Assembly: GCF_021028975.2 (NCBI RefSeq)
Contig: NC_059432.1
Span: forward strand, 81,034,001 to 81,098,000
Length of the DNA: 64,000 nucleotides
Direction: 5' to 3'
Source: Sphaerodactylus townsendi
Lineage: Eukaryota
The notes under the pieces are model-generated. The model made no database searches and had not been told where the DNA came from. It saw only the letters and a list, made by a program, of their open reading frames with translations. Position numbers and translations under genes: made by a program. This document shows positions 37,829 through 51,100 of the stretch, in pieces (position 1 is the stretch's first letter; the number at the start of each line of letters is the position of its first letter).

Positions 37829-38654
37829 CCAGATAGAAGCCGACTATAGTCAGCCCCAATGTCAGGAAAAACCTGGCCTCCCCCCATTGTGCCAGCATCC
37901 ACTCAGATGCCAGCATAGCTATGCGGTGGTACCCACTTCCAGGTTTCGCCACTGTGGAGCGCCTGTGTAAGGGGATGCCCCTTACACTGGTGGAGGGGAC
38001 AAATGCTCTGGCATGGCCCTGCACCATATCTGAGAGGCAATCCCCCTCCCCCCGGATTGTGCCACTTGAGTTCTTTGTTCTGCATTATCTCCATGAACAC
38101 AAGCACAATATATATCCCCATATAAGCCAGTTCTTAAAACTTAATCCTGTACTCCTTTAGGATAGAGGCAGTAAGACAAAAGTCTTACTCTTACATTTGG
38201 CTTACTGGAGGTGCATTTGGAAATGCCCCTCAATCACAGTTTGTCTAGTATATATAAATTTAGCTGATTACACACAATGGTGGCAAAACCTTACAACAAA
38301 GCTAGCTATCCAGCTCGCCAAAACAATTAATGCTTTTCATGGCTTCTCAGATTTGTAAGAAAACACTGTAATGCAGAAGTATTAATCTTAATTTAGCTGC
38401 ATTTCCTGTGAACCACCACAGCCAAGATTTCAATTAAAAGCAGGAAAGCAAGAACAATCTTTTGCCCCCTGGTTTTGTTTTAAATACAGCAAAATGTAAA
38501 ACACAAATATTTGATGAAATGTAAATTGCATTTTCATGGAAGGGGGAAACTTCTCCCTTGAAAAATATGTTAAAATAAGACAGAAAGGTATCATAGATTA
38601 TATGGACGCATACACAGTAATGTAACTACATAAATACAGTGGCCTAGTGTGAAA

Positions 38655-38860
38655 GCAAGTGTGCTGTAGTGGTTTGACAAGGATCTGAGAGACCCAGGTT
38701 TGAAACCCGATTCTGACACGGAAGTTTGCTGGATGTCCTTGAGCCAGTCATACTGTCAACCTGACCTACCTGATAGGGTTCTTATAAGGATAAAATGGAG
38801 AAGGGGAAAATGATGTAAGTCACTTGTGTTTACTTTTCAGGAAGGAAAATGAGGTATTGA
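38655..38860 (+). mobile_element. old tRNA-derived SINE
   Basis: A-box-like gtgctgtagtggtt and B-box-like ggtttgaaaccc, followed by a ccttgagccagtca...acctacct core. Similar decayed copies occur near 52640-52850 and 55005-55190. Confidence 0.55.
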
Positions 38861-40445
38861 AAAAAAGAGTATAATTTGCAGCATCCAATAATTTCTTGGG
38901 TAGCTGCCGGTGTGAAGAATTTTGCAAATAGCAATTGTGGTGCACAGCATGAACTTTATCAGTTACATGAATATACTATTGAAGTCTGTAATTACTTGAG
39001 TTACATGTTAAGTAAGAAGTCATAAACACATCCGTACATTTATTTATTTTATTTTTCAAATTTATATCCCGCCCTATCCCCACAGGGCTCAGGATGGATT
39101 ACAACGCAATGTTCAGCATTAGATCAATATTTGGATTGATTTTGCTCCCGAGACTTCTAGGTGAATTACAACAATTCTGTTGTCAAGATTTTCACTTTTA
39201 CGGCAAAATAGTCCTATTAAAAACAACAGGATCATAATTGCTGTTGACCTACTGGATCATTGAATGCAATCTCCTTTCACAAACTTGTATCAAAGGAGTT
39301 CCTAAATGTACTGGTCCAATCTTTTACAAAATTCCATGAGGAAGTTCTTCCATTACTAAACTGATATTTTAACCAGGGGGGAAAAATTGCTGAAATCTGC
39401 CTCCCAGATTCATCATTTTTTCAGCAGGCAGCTTGCACTGTTGTACTTTCTGGCACCTTTTAAGATATTTTTGAAGCATTGTCACCATAGCGTAAATTTA
39501 ACACCGTCCTTTCATGCCTCCTATTAATGTGCCAATTGCACAGTTAAAAGCACAAGGAAATCTCCATGAAGCTCAGACAGCCTTGCCAGATACCACAGAA
39601 ATCTTGCCTGGCCATTCACATTTTTAAAAATATCATCTTATAGGAGCATAAGTATACATTCATCAAGGAAAAAGAACCTTCCGCTTTAGTAATAAGGAAA
39701 TACCTTTTCATGGACAATGCTGCCAAACTACCCCCCCCCCTTTGAACATCTCCTTTTGCATTTGTGAATTTCTAAGGGCCAGTTTTGAGATTAGGATGCT
39801 GGGCTAAATATACTCCTTACAGCCCCATCCAAGGGGTCAGGTGCAGAGCTGCGACACCACCAGGCCACTGACCTCAAAGAGGCTTCCCAGAGGTGTGGGG
39901 AGGCTCAAAAAGTCAAAAACCCTCCCCACTGCCAGGAAGCCCCTATTGGGTTGATTAGTAGTTCCAGCCACCACTGCAATGGGGCAAACAGCCAGGAGGG
40001 AGCTGACTAAACTTGGCTCCTCCCCCAGTCATGCTCCCAGACTGCCCTTGAGGTGCTGACTGCACAGGGAGGCTGGTGCCATGTCCCAACACCAGGGAGG
40101 GTGGCAGTGACTACGCACTGCTCCCACTGGCGGGTTCACCCCCTTCTCCATGGGGCTGTTTGTATGATCCAGTAAGTCTCTTCTGGCATTCTTTTAACAG
40201 TGGTGAGAAAAATGTCATGTTAAATTTCTTGATATCTTATTTATTCATTTAACGAACCATACATTTGTATAAAGAATTGGATTGTGAACTATACCATTAT
40301 GTATAGCATAATTTGCTTCCTGTAAGTTTCTGCTTCTGATTTGCATATACTTACATAACACCATTTTTCTGTCACGTTTAACTTATCCACGTCTAGTTTT
40401 GTTTCAGATTGCTGTGATCCCAGTCACATTACATTGCTTACTAGA

Positions 40446-40577
40446 GTGGATTCCGCATAGCATATTTATACAGAGTTGCAAATTTTATAAAGGAACTCAT
40501 TTTTACTTTTTGTAAATGGAAAACGAATTCATTTATAACGATTGCAACTCGTTATAAATATGCTGTGTGGAATCCAC
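40446..40577. mobile_element. short palindromic MITE
   Basis: Imperfect inverted arms of about 36 bp: gtggattccgcatagcatatttata..gagttgcaa / ttgcaactcg.tataaatatgctgtgtggaatccac. Confidence 0.7.
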
Positions 40578-40799
40578 CAAGGTGTCTCATCCTAATGACT
40601 ACCCACTGATTCCGTGACAAATGCAGACTATAAAAAAGAGGCATTCAAATAAATAAAAAGAGACATTTACACGCCTCTTCTCAACAATGCCAAAATGCTG
40701 TTACTGGGCCAACTTCATGGTTTTAAATTAGCCATCGACGTGCCTTAACGTCTTTCAAATTGCCTCCTCTGTCCTGCACCTTCTGCAGGTTGTGCATTT

Positions 40800-41480
40800 A
40801 ATTGGGACCAAGTCCCACCGAATTCTCCGGCATTTACATCCGTATGAACACGCCAACAACCTTGCCTTTGAGGTTACTTTCTCTCACACCCGAACACACT
40901 GGGAGGGGAACACAAATGAGCGCGAGCGGACCCAACCGCAACCAACAGACTGCGCATGCGCCATTCCGGTTAGCTGCTGGCGACGAATAAAGCTCCGGCA
41001 TTACTAACGTGGCGAAAAGTTGCTCAGCCAGCGGTGCGTCGCGCGCTCTGTGACGTCACGGCGCCCAGGAGGCGTAATCATCTTTCCTCCCAGCTGTCTT
41101 TTTGCGTCACGTGGGGATGTTGTGTGGTCCGTCCCGGCGCAGCGAGCGTAAGTTTGAGGAGGGATGGTAGAGTCGCAGCATTTAAGGACTTGGACGCTTT
41201 GCCGCGTGACGGTGAAGAGCTGAGCAACACGCTCCCGCCTGTCTACAATATCTCTTTGCAACAGGGCGGGAAAGTGTCTCTTGGGGAAAGAGTCTTGAGT
41301 AATGAAGCCCCGCCTGCTGGGGTGGGAATCTCTGCTGCTGTTCCATTCCCTTTCGTTTTCTCTCTTCGCCTCAGTACTACGCACTTGACAAATAATCCGC
41401 ACCTTATTTATTTGATTGCTTGGTCAGAGCCTCTTCTCCCGTTGTCCATCTTAAGGGGTCTTGTAAGGACGCGTACATAA
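40800..41480 (+). promoter_or_regulatory. RHBDD1: CpG island: RHBDD1 promoter and non-coding first exon
   Basis: CpG-rich; NRF1-type TGCGCATGCGC at 40951-40961; CRE TGACGTCA at 41051-41058; TCACGTGG at 41107-41114; splice donor AGC|GTAAGT with the exon ending at 41147. Confidence 0.75.
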
Positions 41481-43679
41481 AGCTATTAATCTCACGATGC
41501 TGTCCAGCTGGAGGGCTCAAGGCTATTGAAATCTAACACTCATTTGAAATCCAGATAGTAACTAATGGCGATCTTAAACGGGTCTAGTTTGAAGTAAGTC
41601 CCACTTTATTCAGTGGGGTTTATTCTCATGAAAGTGTTTTAGGATTACAGGCATAAAACCTTAACCTCTTTTTTTTACAGCTGAAATTTGTTTGGTCGAA
41701 AACTAGTTCAGAGAGGCTTTGGACACAATCCTGTATGCTTTTTCTTAGTTGTAATTCATTGAAGGACTTTTATTTATTGTATTTGTTTTCTAGGCCCACG
41801 TTCTCCATGCAGCTTCAGGGCAGTGTGCAACATCATTAATAACAATAAAAGCAATGAAAACCTCTGTAACTTAGTGCCATAGAATCCACTGAGGTTTACA
41901 GTTAAATTAAAACCATTCCCCTTAAAAACACCACACACCAATTTTGAGAATGCAAGGAGGGAAGGAAAAGGAGAAGGGGAGGCCAATAAATGGAATACCT
42001 CAAGCATAAACCTGGTTGAACAGCTCTTAGAGGCCCTGAGAAATTGCACAGGTGTTGTCAGGTCTGTGTAATACAGGTTCCAGTTGTGAGACATTCTCAG
42101 CTTTGGGCTTAGCAACTGTTTTGACACAGAAAACTCTGGGAATTAAATTGGCTCTCCCATATAGCAAGCAGCTAGTGCGCCTCTATGGGCTTTGAATTGA
42201 CTGGGTCCATTCTGGTTAGGATATATGTGGTATATCAGTAGTACTGACTCTGAAGCTTCTAGAAAGCCACATTTGGGCTTACCATCAACCAAAAGAGCAT
42301 GTCACTCCCCAAATTCATAGAATAGTGTAACAATATTAAATGTACGACTAACCCTTTTAACTACCATGTTACTCATAAATTTGTAGGGTTGTCTTTGTCT
42401 AGCACTAATGAACTTTAACCACCCTTATTGTAACTGAAGTCCCCCAAAGGGCTGTTTTCGCTTCTTTCTTGCTCTCCAGCAAGAGGCACAGCAGATCAGA
42501 TGAGAGACTGAGATTGCCAAATTACCTAGAGAAGAGCAAGCAATGGTGGCAAACGGGGACTAATGGCCCAATCCAGAGTTGACAGGCAGGTGGGGATGGA
42601 ACACTGTAGTGCCACCCTGCTCCCTCCAAAGGGCTTTCCCTCAGCTTGGGAAGCCTGAAAAGTTCCAAAACACGCCCCGACCTCCGAAACTTTCCCATAG
42701 GTAAGAACAGAAATAATGCCACAAAAATCATGGTGTATCTCTGCCAGTGGCCCTTCTGGTGCATGAGAGCCAACTGGGCTCTGGAGGCTGACTAAGGTCA
42801 GCCCTGCCCCCCAGAATGTCCCTGATGACACTAGTGCAGCATTTTGCCTGGCAGGCCTGGGCAACTGAGGATGCTTCCAGGTTGGGCACTGTGGAGCTGC
42901 ATGTTGCCCGAGTAGTTGCCCCTCTGCCAGTGAATTTGTCCCTTGTGCCACCGAATGGGCACTCATGCTGGTGCAGGGGTGCGCTGGCTCCACAGGGGGA
43001 TTCAACTCCCCCTGGATTGGACTGCCTAGCTTTCACTATCCCACTGTGGCACTTGTTCTGTTGATCTTCTTGTTCATTCAGCTCACATTCTTCAAGTATG
43101 CAAGGCATTTTCATAATACTTCATAATAATTTATACAGGCAGGTATTACACCAATATAAGGCCTAGTGGAGATTTGATTGTAATGGGTTTAGGCACAAAG
43201 ATAATTAAAGCAAATCTCTTAATGGCTTGGCCTTTTATGTAGACATATTTCTCTTTCAAAATAAGTTCTCAAGTGCTCGGTACATTGCAAGGTCTTGCTT
43301 TAGAAAATGACCCTTGTTGCATGTTTAATATTCAGTATTCTGCTGAAATGACGTTCATGCAATATGATTCAACTGGAAGAAAAAAATATGCTTACAAATT
43401 ATTTACATAATTTGCCTTGGAATATTTCTTTTGAACAGTCTCATTTCTTTTCTGCTGTGAAGTATGATATGCAGAATTCTGAAAAGTGAGTATTTAAAGC
43501 TATCATACAGCTTTATTCATGAAAAATTTAAGATAAAAGAAATTAGAAAAAGTGTCAAAGTACAGCACAGATTATAAATGCCTAATATTTGTGGTTACAC
43601 AATCACAAGAAATTTTCCCAGATTCTCTGCTTGTTGGCTCCCTTTCCACCATTCCTCCATGGCCCTCAAGCAGCTGGCT

Positions 43680-43940
43680 AATACATCTGAGGTGACATCC
43701 AGATGACCATCAGCAGATGTAGCTGGGTGTCATCAGTATATTGATGACAAGCCAGCCCAAACCTCTGGATCAGCCAGGCAAGAGGGCACATACTAATGTT
43801 AAATAATTTTGGAATCTCCCATTGTGGGACTTCGCATACCAGAGAAAGACGTGTGGATATTCTTACCAATTACTACCCTCTGTCCCCAACCCTAGAGAAA
43901 TGAGTACAGCCACTGTAAGGCTGATCCACAAATCCCAGCA
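43680..43940 (-). mobile_element. L2-clade RT fragment
   Basis: ORF remnant LIQRFGLACHQYTDDTQLHL (YADD-like motif). Confidence 0.7.
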
Positions 43941-45061
43941 TGAAACGATAGACTGACCTAGCTTCATCTTTTGTGTTTGCTTTCTGTAGTTGAGATGCTT
44001 TCTTCTGCTGTGTTATTACTTTAACTATTCATACACAGTTGTTCAATTTACAAACAGGTTGTGTTTTACCAAAGAAAAAGAAGCACCACTGTTCAGTTTG
44101 CATACCTCTTTGAACGCTTTTCATTAGTTTGATACAAAACAGTCACATTCCTAGAATATGGAGGTGCGGGCACTAGTCTTGTGTAGGTGACCAAAAATGT
44201 AAACACGTGGCAGATTTAAGTTAGACAAGCATTTACTTCAAGATTGTTCTGTAAGCATGTACTTTGGAAATCATTGGAGAAAACAATAAATCTTTCATTG
44301 TCTAAAATGTCATTAGGCTTTCAATACACACAGCAGAAGTTGGAGGAAGAATGTTTTAAGTAGTAGAATATATTGTGTTGAAAATGCATTGCATTCCAAA
44401 AGCGCCACAGAAGTGTTCGAATAAATACGTTGCTTTCTTTGTAGGTCACGCTTCATTACAAAACATGAGGGCCAGCTACACCTAACATTCAAATTAGAAC
44501 CCAGATGCCTGGAATTTTTTAGAAAAGTAGCTTTCGGATTGGGAAATTTGATGCAGGGTTGTAACAGTGTGTGCTAGATAATTTTCTTACCTGGGAGTGT
44601 GACTCCATTCCAAATCATTCCCATGGTTTCTTTATCTCCTGTGAGGCAAAACACATTTGCTCACATTTTGGGGGAGTGGGGAAGGAAGTGGATTTGAAAT
44701 GAAGAAGTAAATCTTTGAAGTGGCTTTTGTTAAAAACAGATCCCCCAAAATGGACACAGCATGAGTGGTCTGTAATGTTTGTGCAAGTGTGAAGTTTGTT
44801 ATGCTAAGAACATTAAACCCCTAGTTAACACTTTTAATTCCCATTTATTTCAGTGAGAGAGTTAATTAGGTTCCTAAAATAATGGGCTGCTCAGTTCTCT
44901 GTAAAAAGATTTAGAAGCATTCTAAACTACCCGTTATATGTCTTGTTGTTGGTATTGATACTATTATTGCAAGTATATCACTGTTTTTCAGTTTTGCAAA
45001 TCTCTGTGTTTCCAGATTTCAGTACTACAGGATTTGCAGTTCCGTTGAATAGAAGGAAGTT

Positions 45062-45494
45062 ATGCAGAGGAGAAACAAATCATCAAATGTCGGATTGCTT
45101 CTGCTGCTTTCTCAGATCTATCAAGTTGGATTTAACAGAATTCCACCTGTCACACTTGTGACGTTGGCAGTAAACATTTTCCTCTTTTTGCAACCCCTGA
45201 AACATCTCGAGCAAACATGCATTAGTGTTGAAAAGTGTCTTTACATGAAAGATTGGCATCGTCTGTATCTTTCACCTTTTCATCATGCAGATGACTGGCA
45301 TTTATATTTTAATATGGTCTCTCTTCTTTGGAAGGGAATTAATTTGGAAAGAAGACTGGGAAGTACATTGTTTGGATATATAATTGCAGTATTTTCTGTG
45401 CTAGTTGGAGTCGTATACATGGTTTTGGAAATTGTATTTGCAGAACTTCTGGATGATCCTATGTATAAGCTAAGTTGTGCTGTAGGTTTTTCAG
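45062..45494 (+). CDS. RHBDD1: RHBDD1 (RHBDL4) first coding exon, 433 nt of CDS
   Basis: MQRRNKSSNVGLLLLLSQI...IPPVTL...DWHRLYLSPFHHADDWHLYFNM...CAVGFS, with the catalytic Ser at codon 144 in GFSG. Donor TCAG|gtaaga. The acceptor is ambiguous (candidate AG ending at 44991 or 45015). Confidence 0.95.
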
Positions 45495-47537
45495 GTAAGA
45501 TAACCTCATTTGGTTATACCATTTCTATTTCCTTTTACTGGGCCACTAACTTTTAACTGTATGGGTTTTGGTAGGGCGGGTGTTTGTGTGTTAAATGTTT
45601 TGTGGCAGTGTGTTTGGAGTATGTGACTGCTGCATTTGTCTTCAGAATTGTCTTTAAGGGGGAGACTTTGAAAAGTGGAATGTTGTACAAATACATTTTA
45701 TAAATTTCCAATTTATAAAACTACTGTATCTCTTAGAGCTGGACACCCATGACAAATATTTCATGAAAGAAATACTACCAGAATGCATTTCTAAAGCATT
45801 CAGCTCACCTCCTATTTTTTCAAACACCATAGTGAGACTAGGAATCCCAGAAGTGTCATGCCATGAAACAACATCTTGCCAGAGTGAAAGTTCACAATTT
45901 TGTGTCTTTTATGGATTTACAACACCCAATCAGAATTCATCCACTGGCAGTGGTCCACCAATAAAGGGGAGCCTAGCTTCAGTTCAGACTGAGGCAGACT
46001 GGCCGACTGGGAAAAGATTGGGGATTTTAAGATAGCAGGATTAGTGACTTAACACCTCTATATTGGTTGTTTCTCTTGTGGTTTTGTTGCATTTATTTGG
46101 GTTCTGCCTGAAGGGTGGGGGGATATGTTATAAAGTTTCTAAATTGAATGTCAGTTTGAATAAAACCTACCTACTTTGGTTACCTTTTTAAAAAATGTTA
46201 ACTTTATGAGGAAAATAGTCCTTTTAACTTTCTCAAGCCATCCACAATCTTGGCCATGAAGATATAAAAAGGAGAGTGGAGTTTTTCTCACTTACTTGGG
46301 GAGAGGGATGTTCTCAGCTGTAATGCAGCCATTCCCTCTTTTTTATCCAGAAGCGTGCAGGTCCCCTTCTAGAAAGCAAAAATAGGGTCCTGCTAATGGC
46401 AGCCACTTGTATTGAAGGAATCAAGGGTGCGCTAGGGAAGCTGATGGCAAGCAGGTTCATTGCAAAGGGGAGTCACCTGACCCTGCCATGAGCTGGTCGC
46501 TACCTCCAGTTCACCTCATGGTCTACAAAGATTGTGACACCAAGGATCACTGTAGCCTAAAGAGTTCAGATTCACACCCATCAAATATCTGTATTGTCAA
46601 TTACATAAGTGAAGAAACGTTGTAAAATTGAATTAATTCATAAAGAACAGTGATTACAGGAAAAAAACACAGTCTGCCAGTCTTTCTTATAGTCTTTCTT
46701 ATAGGACTGCCCTATTTCTTCTCTTAAGTAATCTGAAGTTACCATTCATTAGTTGCACTAGAAATCTCAACTGATTTAAAATTGTTCCAATGTAGACTCG
46801 TTTAGCATGTGAAGCTACTATTGTAGCAAAATTTCAAAGAACCAGTTACATCGAATGCAATCTGATGTTTTATTTACCTTATTGAAGTATAGTTAAATAC
46901 ATAGGTATTGTAACAGAGGTCGCATCTGATGGTCTTTCTGGTATCAAGAGTTGCTGAATGCACACAATTCTTGACTGCCAACCGAAAATATGTTCACTTA
47001 ATGCCTTTCTCCATTTGCTGATTATGGGGATGGAAATAATCCCTAAAGTAATGGAGAGTACTAGCACCATTAGGCCAGGTACAAAAAAAGAAAAGGAAAG
47101 TCCAGTATGGTGCAAACCAATATTCATTTAAGTATGCAGGTACATTTTTAGCACTAAGGTCTTTGTGGGTGGGTGGGTGTAATTTTTATTGAGTAACAAA
47201 CCCATCTCTGGAAATGTAAATGCTGGCGATGTTGCTTCTTCCCACAGTTAAATAAATGAGAAAACCTCAGTTTGATGTGTACTGAATATCCTTTTTGCAA
47301 AACAAAGCCAGATTTTCAAAATTCTCTATTCTTAAAAATCTCCACCAAGCCAAATGGATTGTGACAAGAATGAATTGAGACACACTGGACAGATGTTCTG
47401 TTTGAGAGAAGATCAAAGGTGGATAATAAAGCAGAATTGTGTGCTGCTTAATGCTTCTGTTTGTGGCTCTTCCTTGTTCTTGATTTTATCTACTAATGTA
47501 TCTCTTGGTGTGCTTTTCCTTGTTTATGTTGGTTTAG

Positions 47538-47670
47538 GAGTGCTATTTGCTTTGAAAGTCCTGAACAACCATTATCACCCAGGAGGGACTAGCAACATCA
47601 TGGGAATACAGGTCTCAAACAAATATGCATGTTGGTTGGAACTTCTAGCCATTCATCTACTTAACCCAAG
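47538..47670 (+). CDS. RHBDD1: RHBDD1 coding exon 2 (133 nt)
   Basis: Acceptor tttag|GA; encodes GVLFALKVLNNHYHPGG...YACWLELLAIHLLNP; donor AG|gttagt; phase matches the flanking exons. Confidence 0.95.
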
Positions 47671-47979
47671 GTTAGTAAGCTGAATCCTGGGCACTGATGT
47701 TAAATCATTGTGCTTCTGTGTCTGGGTGTGCTTATTTGTAGAGAGAAAGTGTATGAACCATCATTTCCCAATGTCTGTTAAAAAGTCTGCATAAATTCTC
47801 CTAATTGTAGTTTGTGATGTGAGGCAGAGACGTGGGATTTTAAATTAGCATAAGTATCATGTCTGTTGTTGATTTTTTTGAAACAATTTTTAAAGATTAA
47901 TGTATTAAAAATGTTAGATGATTATTTGACCATCACTTTTGACCAGTTCAGTGGCACACTCTTATCATACATAAAGCAT

Positions 47980-48165
47980 TAGGTCATTACTGACCCATGA
48001 GGTGATGTCACATCATGAAGCTTATGAGGCCGACTATGTTTACAGGGTGGTTTGCCATGGCCTTCCCCAGTTGTCCACACTGTACCCCCAGCAAGCTTGG
48101 GAATTGTTTTACCGACCTCAAAATAACTGAAGGCTGAGTCAACCTTGAGCCGGCTACCTGAAACT
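47980..48165 (-). mobile_element. Sauria-type SINE fragment
   Basis: Contains gggtggtttgccatggccttcc and ttttaccgacctc...aaggctgagtcaaccttgagccggct, recalled as Sauria SINE motifs. Confidence 0.65.
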
Positions 48166-51100
48166 AACATATCTTGTATATCCTCTGAAAGACCCCTGCT
48201 AAGTTTCAGACACCAGCATTGAAATTCTGTTATGAACTATAGTACTTGCACTTTGTGAGTTGCATTTGTTTGGTGGGTAACTTGTTTCCTCACAAACTTC
48301 TTCTGGTGGCCTAAACATGTGCCTGAGATCTGTGACCTCCATTGTCTTCTCAAAATTAGTGTGCAATTCGGATCAGGGTCACTCTTCAACTCCTGGTCCA
48401 TGTCACTGATCAAAACCAGGGTTCTTATGTTTGTTAGAATTTTAAAGAAAAAAAAGACAGGTTTTAAAAAATGCATGCTTTTTTCTTTCAAAACTCTAAC
48501 AGTGCAGAAAGCTATGTTTCAGCTAGTGAAACCAAGTGGAACTTGAAGGGTTAAATCCCCCTTCCTAGACAATCCAAGTCTGATGGAAATCTGATCTCCA
48601 GTTGGTTTTTCCATTCTTCCAGAGTTGGGCATTTGTTTTCTTTCTACTTTGCTGCAAATATTATTCCTGCCACTGCTACCAGATATTTGAATAATTCATT
48701 ATAAAATTTTGACACACTACTGGGTAATATATTTAAAATCATATTTTAGGGTTCATCCAGGAGCATTTCTTTCTATGCACAGTAATACGTTCTATGGCAG
48801 AGTAATGTAGGAAGGATAGTGTTTGTATGTTCACAGCTGTTCTTATTACAGCAGTTTTTCAGAGATGACCTTGGTGCTGAAAAAGGTTTCATAACTGGGC
48901 TCTAAAGAATCCTTGAATCAAAGTACTTTCTGTTTCCAGGGAAGGCTATTGAATTAAAAGGAAAGTCAGGTAAAAAGGGAAGGAAATTAGTTTACTGTAT
49001 TCTATGTAAGTCTCCCTTCAGAGTCAACTTGGAAACTCTAGTTGGTATTGAAGATGGCAGCTCTGTTACCTGTATTATCAAGAGCTATGGGGAACATGCA
49101 TATCACTCTCATTTTACAGGCTAAGTTCAAGGTCTGGCTATTTCATACAAAATATTTTATGGCCTTGGTCCCTTATATCTGCTGGACCGTATCTCCCCTT
49201 ATGCTCTTCTCACCTGAGCAGCACCTTCTGCAGATGCCACCATGCAAGTAAGCAAAATCAATAGCAGGATGGCTTTTAATCTCCTCGTTATCTGCAAATG
49301 GAATTATTCATGTGGGCACAGAAATAGGACTATGCTTTAATAAAATAGTTCAGAAAGATGCTAGTTAAGGAATAGGACTGTGGACTATATAGTTTGTACT
49401 GTCTGTTGCTGTAAGTATGATCCTACTAGAATTTCTGCATTGTTTAACATGTCATGTTAATGTTTATGATTTGTTTTAGCTGTTTCAGATTTGTATTTGT
49501 TTTCAGATTTCTTCAGGCCAAATCCTGTTGCATTATTTACTGGATATCTCACCCTGTTGAATGTGTAGTCAGCCTTGCACTGTGTAGTCCACCTTGGGTC
49601 TCAGTTCAAGAGGTGGACTGTAAATGACACAAATAAATAAAAAAAATATTGCAATAAAAAGGAGTACAGTGGGAAGGAAAATTTTAGGTTCAAGAAGAAT
49701 TTGGAAAAGATGAAAAAATGTGAATAAAATAAAGTTGGGAGAGTGGGGGTGAGAAGAAGGTGACACAGAAGTATGTGGGAAAGGGTGCAACTGGTGGAAC
49801 CCGAGGTGGGGGGGGGGGCAGAAGACTCAGGTGTCAAAATACTTTGTTATCATTTTTACCAATGTAAATGTCACCGGGGGGGGGGGGGGCAAGGGGAACA
49901 AGATATCACTCACAGTTACTAAACCTAGATTTGGAAATAGAATGATCATTATTGGTATTTTTTACAGGAAAACAAATGCATTAAGCTGATAAGCATATAT
50001 AAGGATACTGGAAGTTTGGAGAGCGTATTTTGTATTGAGTCGAAATAACTCGAGTGATATCTTTTTCTCCCGCCCTCCCTTGTTGTGACATTTACATTGG
50101 TAAAAATGATAACAAGGCATTTTTGGTATAATTGGATATATGGAATACTGACTCCAGAAACTTTTATAAACAGTTATTTGGGCCATTAGGAAAAAGGTTT
50201 GAGATCAAACTTTACCTGGTGGCTGATAAGCCCAAGAAAGTGTTTTATATATTGGTTGTTATATTTTACTTGAATTGTTGAAGAGTATCATTTTGAACAT
50301 TTATTGAGACAATCAGTCTGCAATTTGAGTTTAAGAATATATGTATATTGTATTTTATTTGTATTGGTAGGTGTTATATGGATAGAACTGTTGAGGTTTG
50401 AAGAGATTCTTTGATGTGAACTATCTGACTAGAAAAAGAAACACGGGATAAATTTTGTTGGTTAATTGTAGAAGTACATTAGTACTTAAAGCCACAGGTG
50501 CAAAGTGGAAGCAGGACTAGTAATCTTCAGGTGAACCTTCTTCCATTGATATTGAGTATGGTGGACTACCTTAGACATGTCAGGTCTCCTGGGATACCTG
50601 TAACAGATGGACAAAAGGCCTTCCCCTTTCTATTAGTCTCCACCCCTTGTATGCTTTTGGTGTATGTGCAGAGCTAACTGCTGGTCAGGCCCATGGATGG
50701 CAGAAAAAGCCAGATGGAAGGGAGAAGTGAAAGAAAAAAACCTGTTATATTGTCATCTCAGATCAGATAAGGGTTATGCCTTCAGAAGATTAGGTGGGAC
50801 AGAACTTGTCTCAGGTGACTATGTAAGTCTGAGATTCTGTCTTATGTGTAAGCAGGCTAAAATAGTGACTGTTTGGAGATAAGCACAAACTCTAAAGAGG
50901 AGTAGGATGAAAATGCTTTCTCAGGAGACTTTGGATGTCTCAGAATCCGTTTCCTGTGAGAAAGGAGGTTGTCATAGTGGATGCTTTAAGAAGAGACCTT
51001 AGCTGTCTCAGAGCCCAGTTTCTGAGGGCCAAGCTAGAATTGGATCCAGATGCCCTGCAGCCACATGTAACGGAAGGGAATGGCTGTAAAAAGAAAGGAG

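Noticed and set aside
37074-38027. 317-aa minus-strand ORF
   Set aside because: It crosses the boundaries of a GC-rich MITE and shows no transposase or other domain motifs.
41659-41680. Strong-looking acceptor (cttaac...ttttttttacag) that might start a 5'-UTR exon of RHBDD1
   Set aside because: No convincing downstream donor was identified; it cannot be supported without RNA data.
45495-45556. C-terminal tail of the 164-aa ORF (KITSFGYT...), and the N-terminal part of ORF 47354-47683
   Set aside because: Read-through into introns beyond canonical splice sites.
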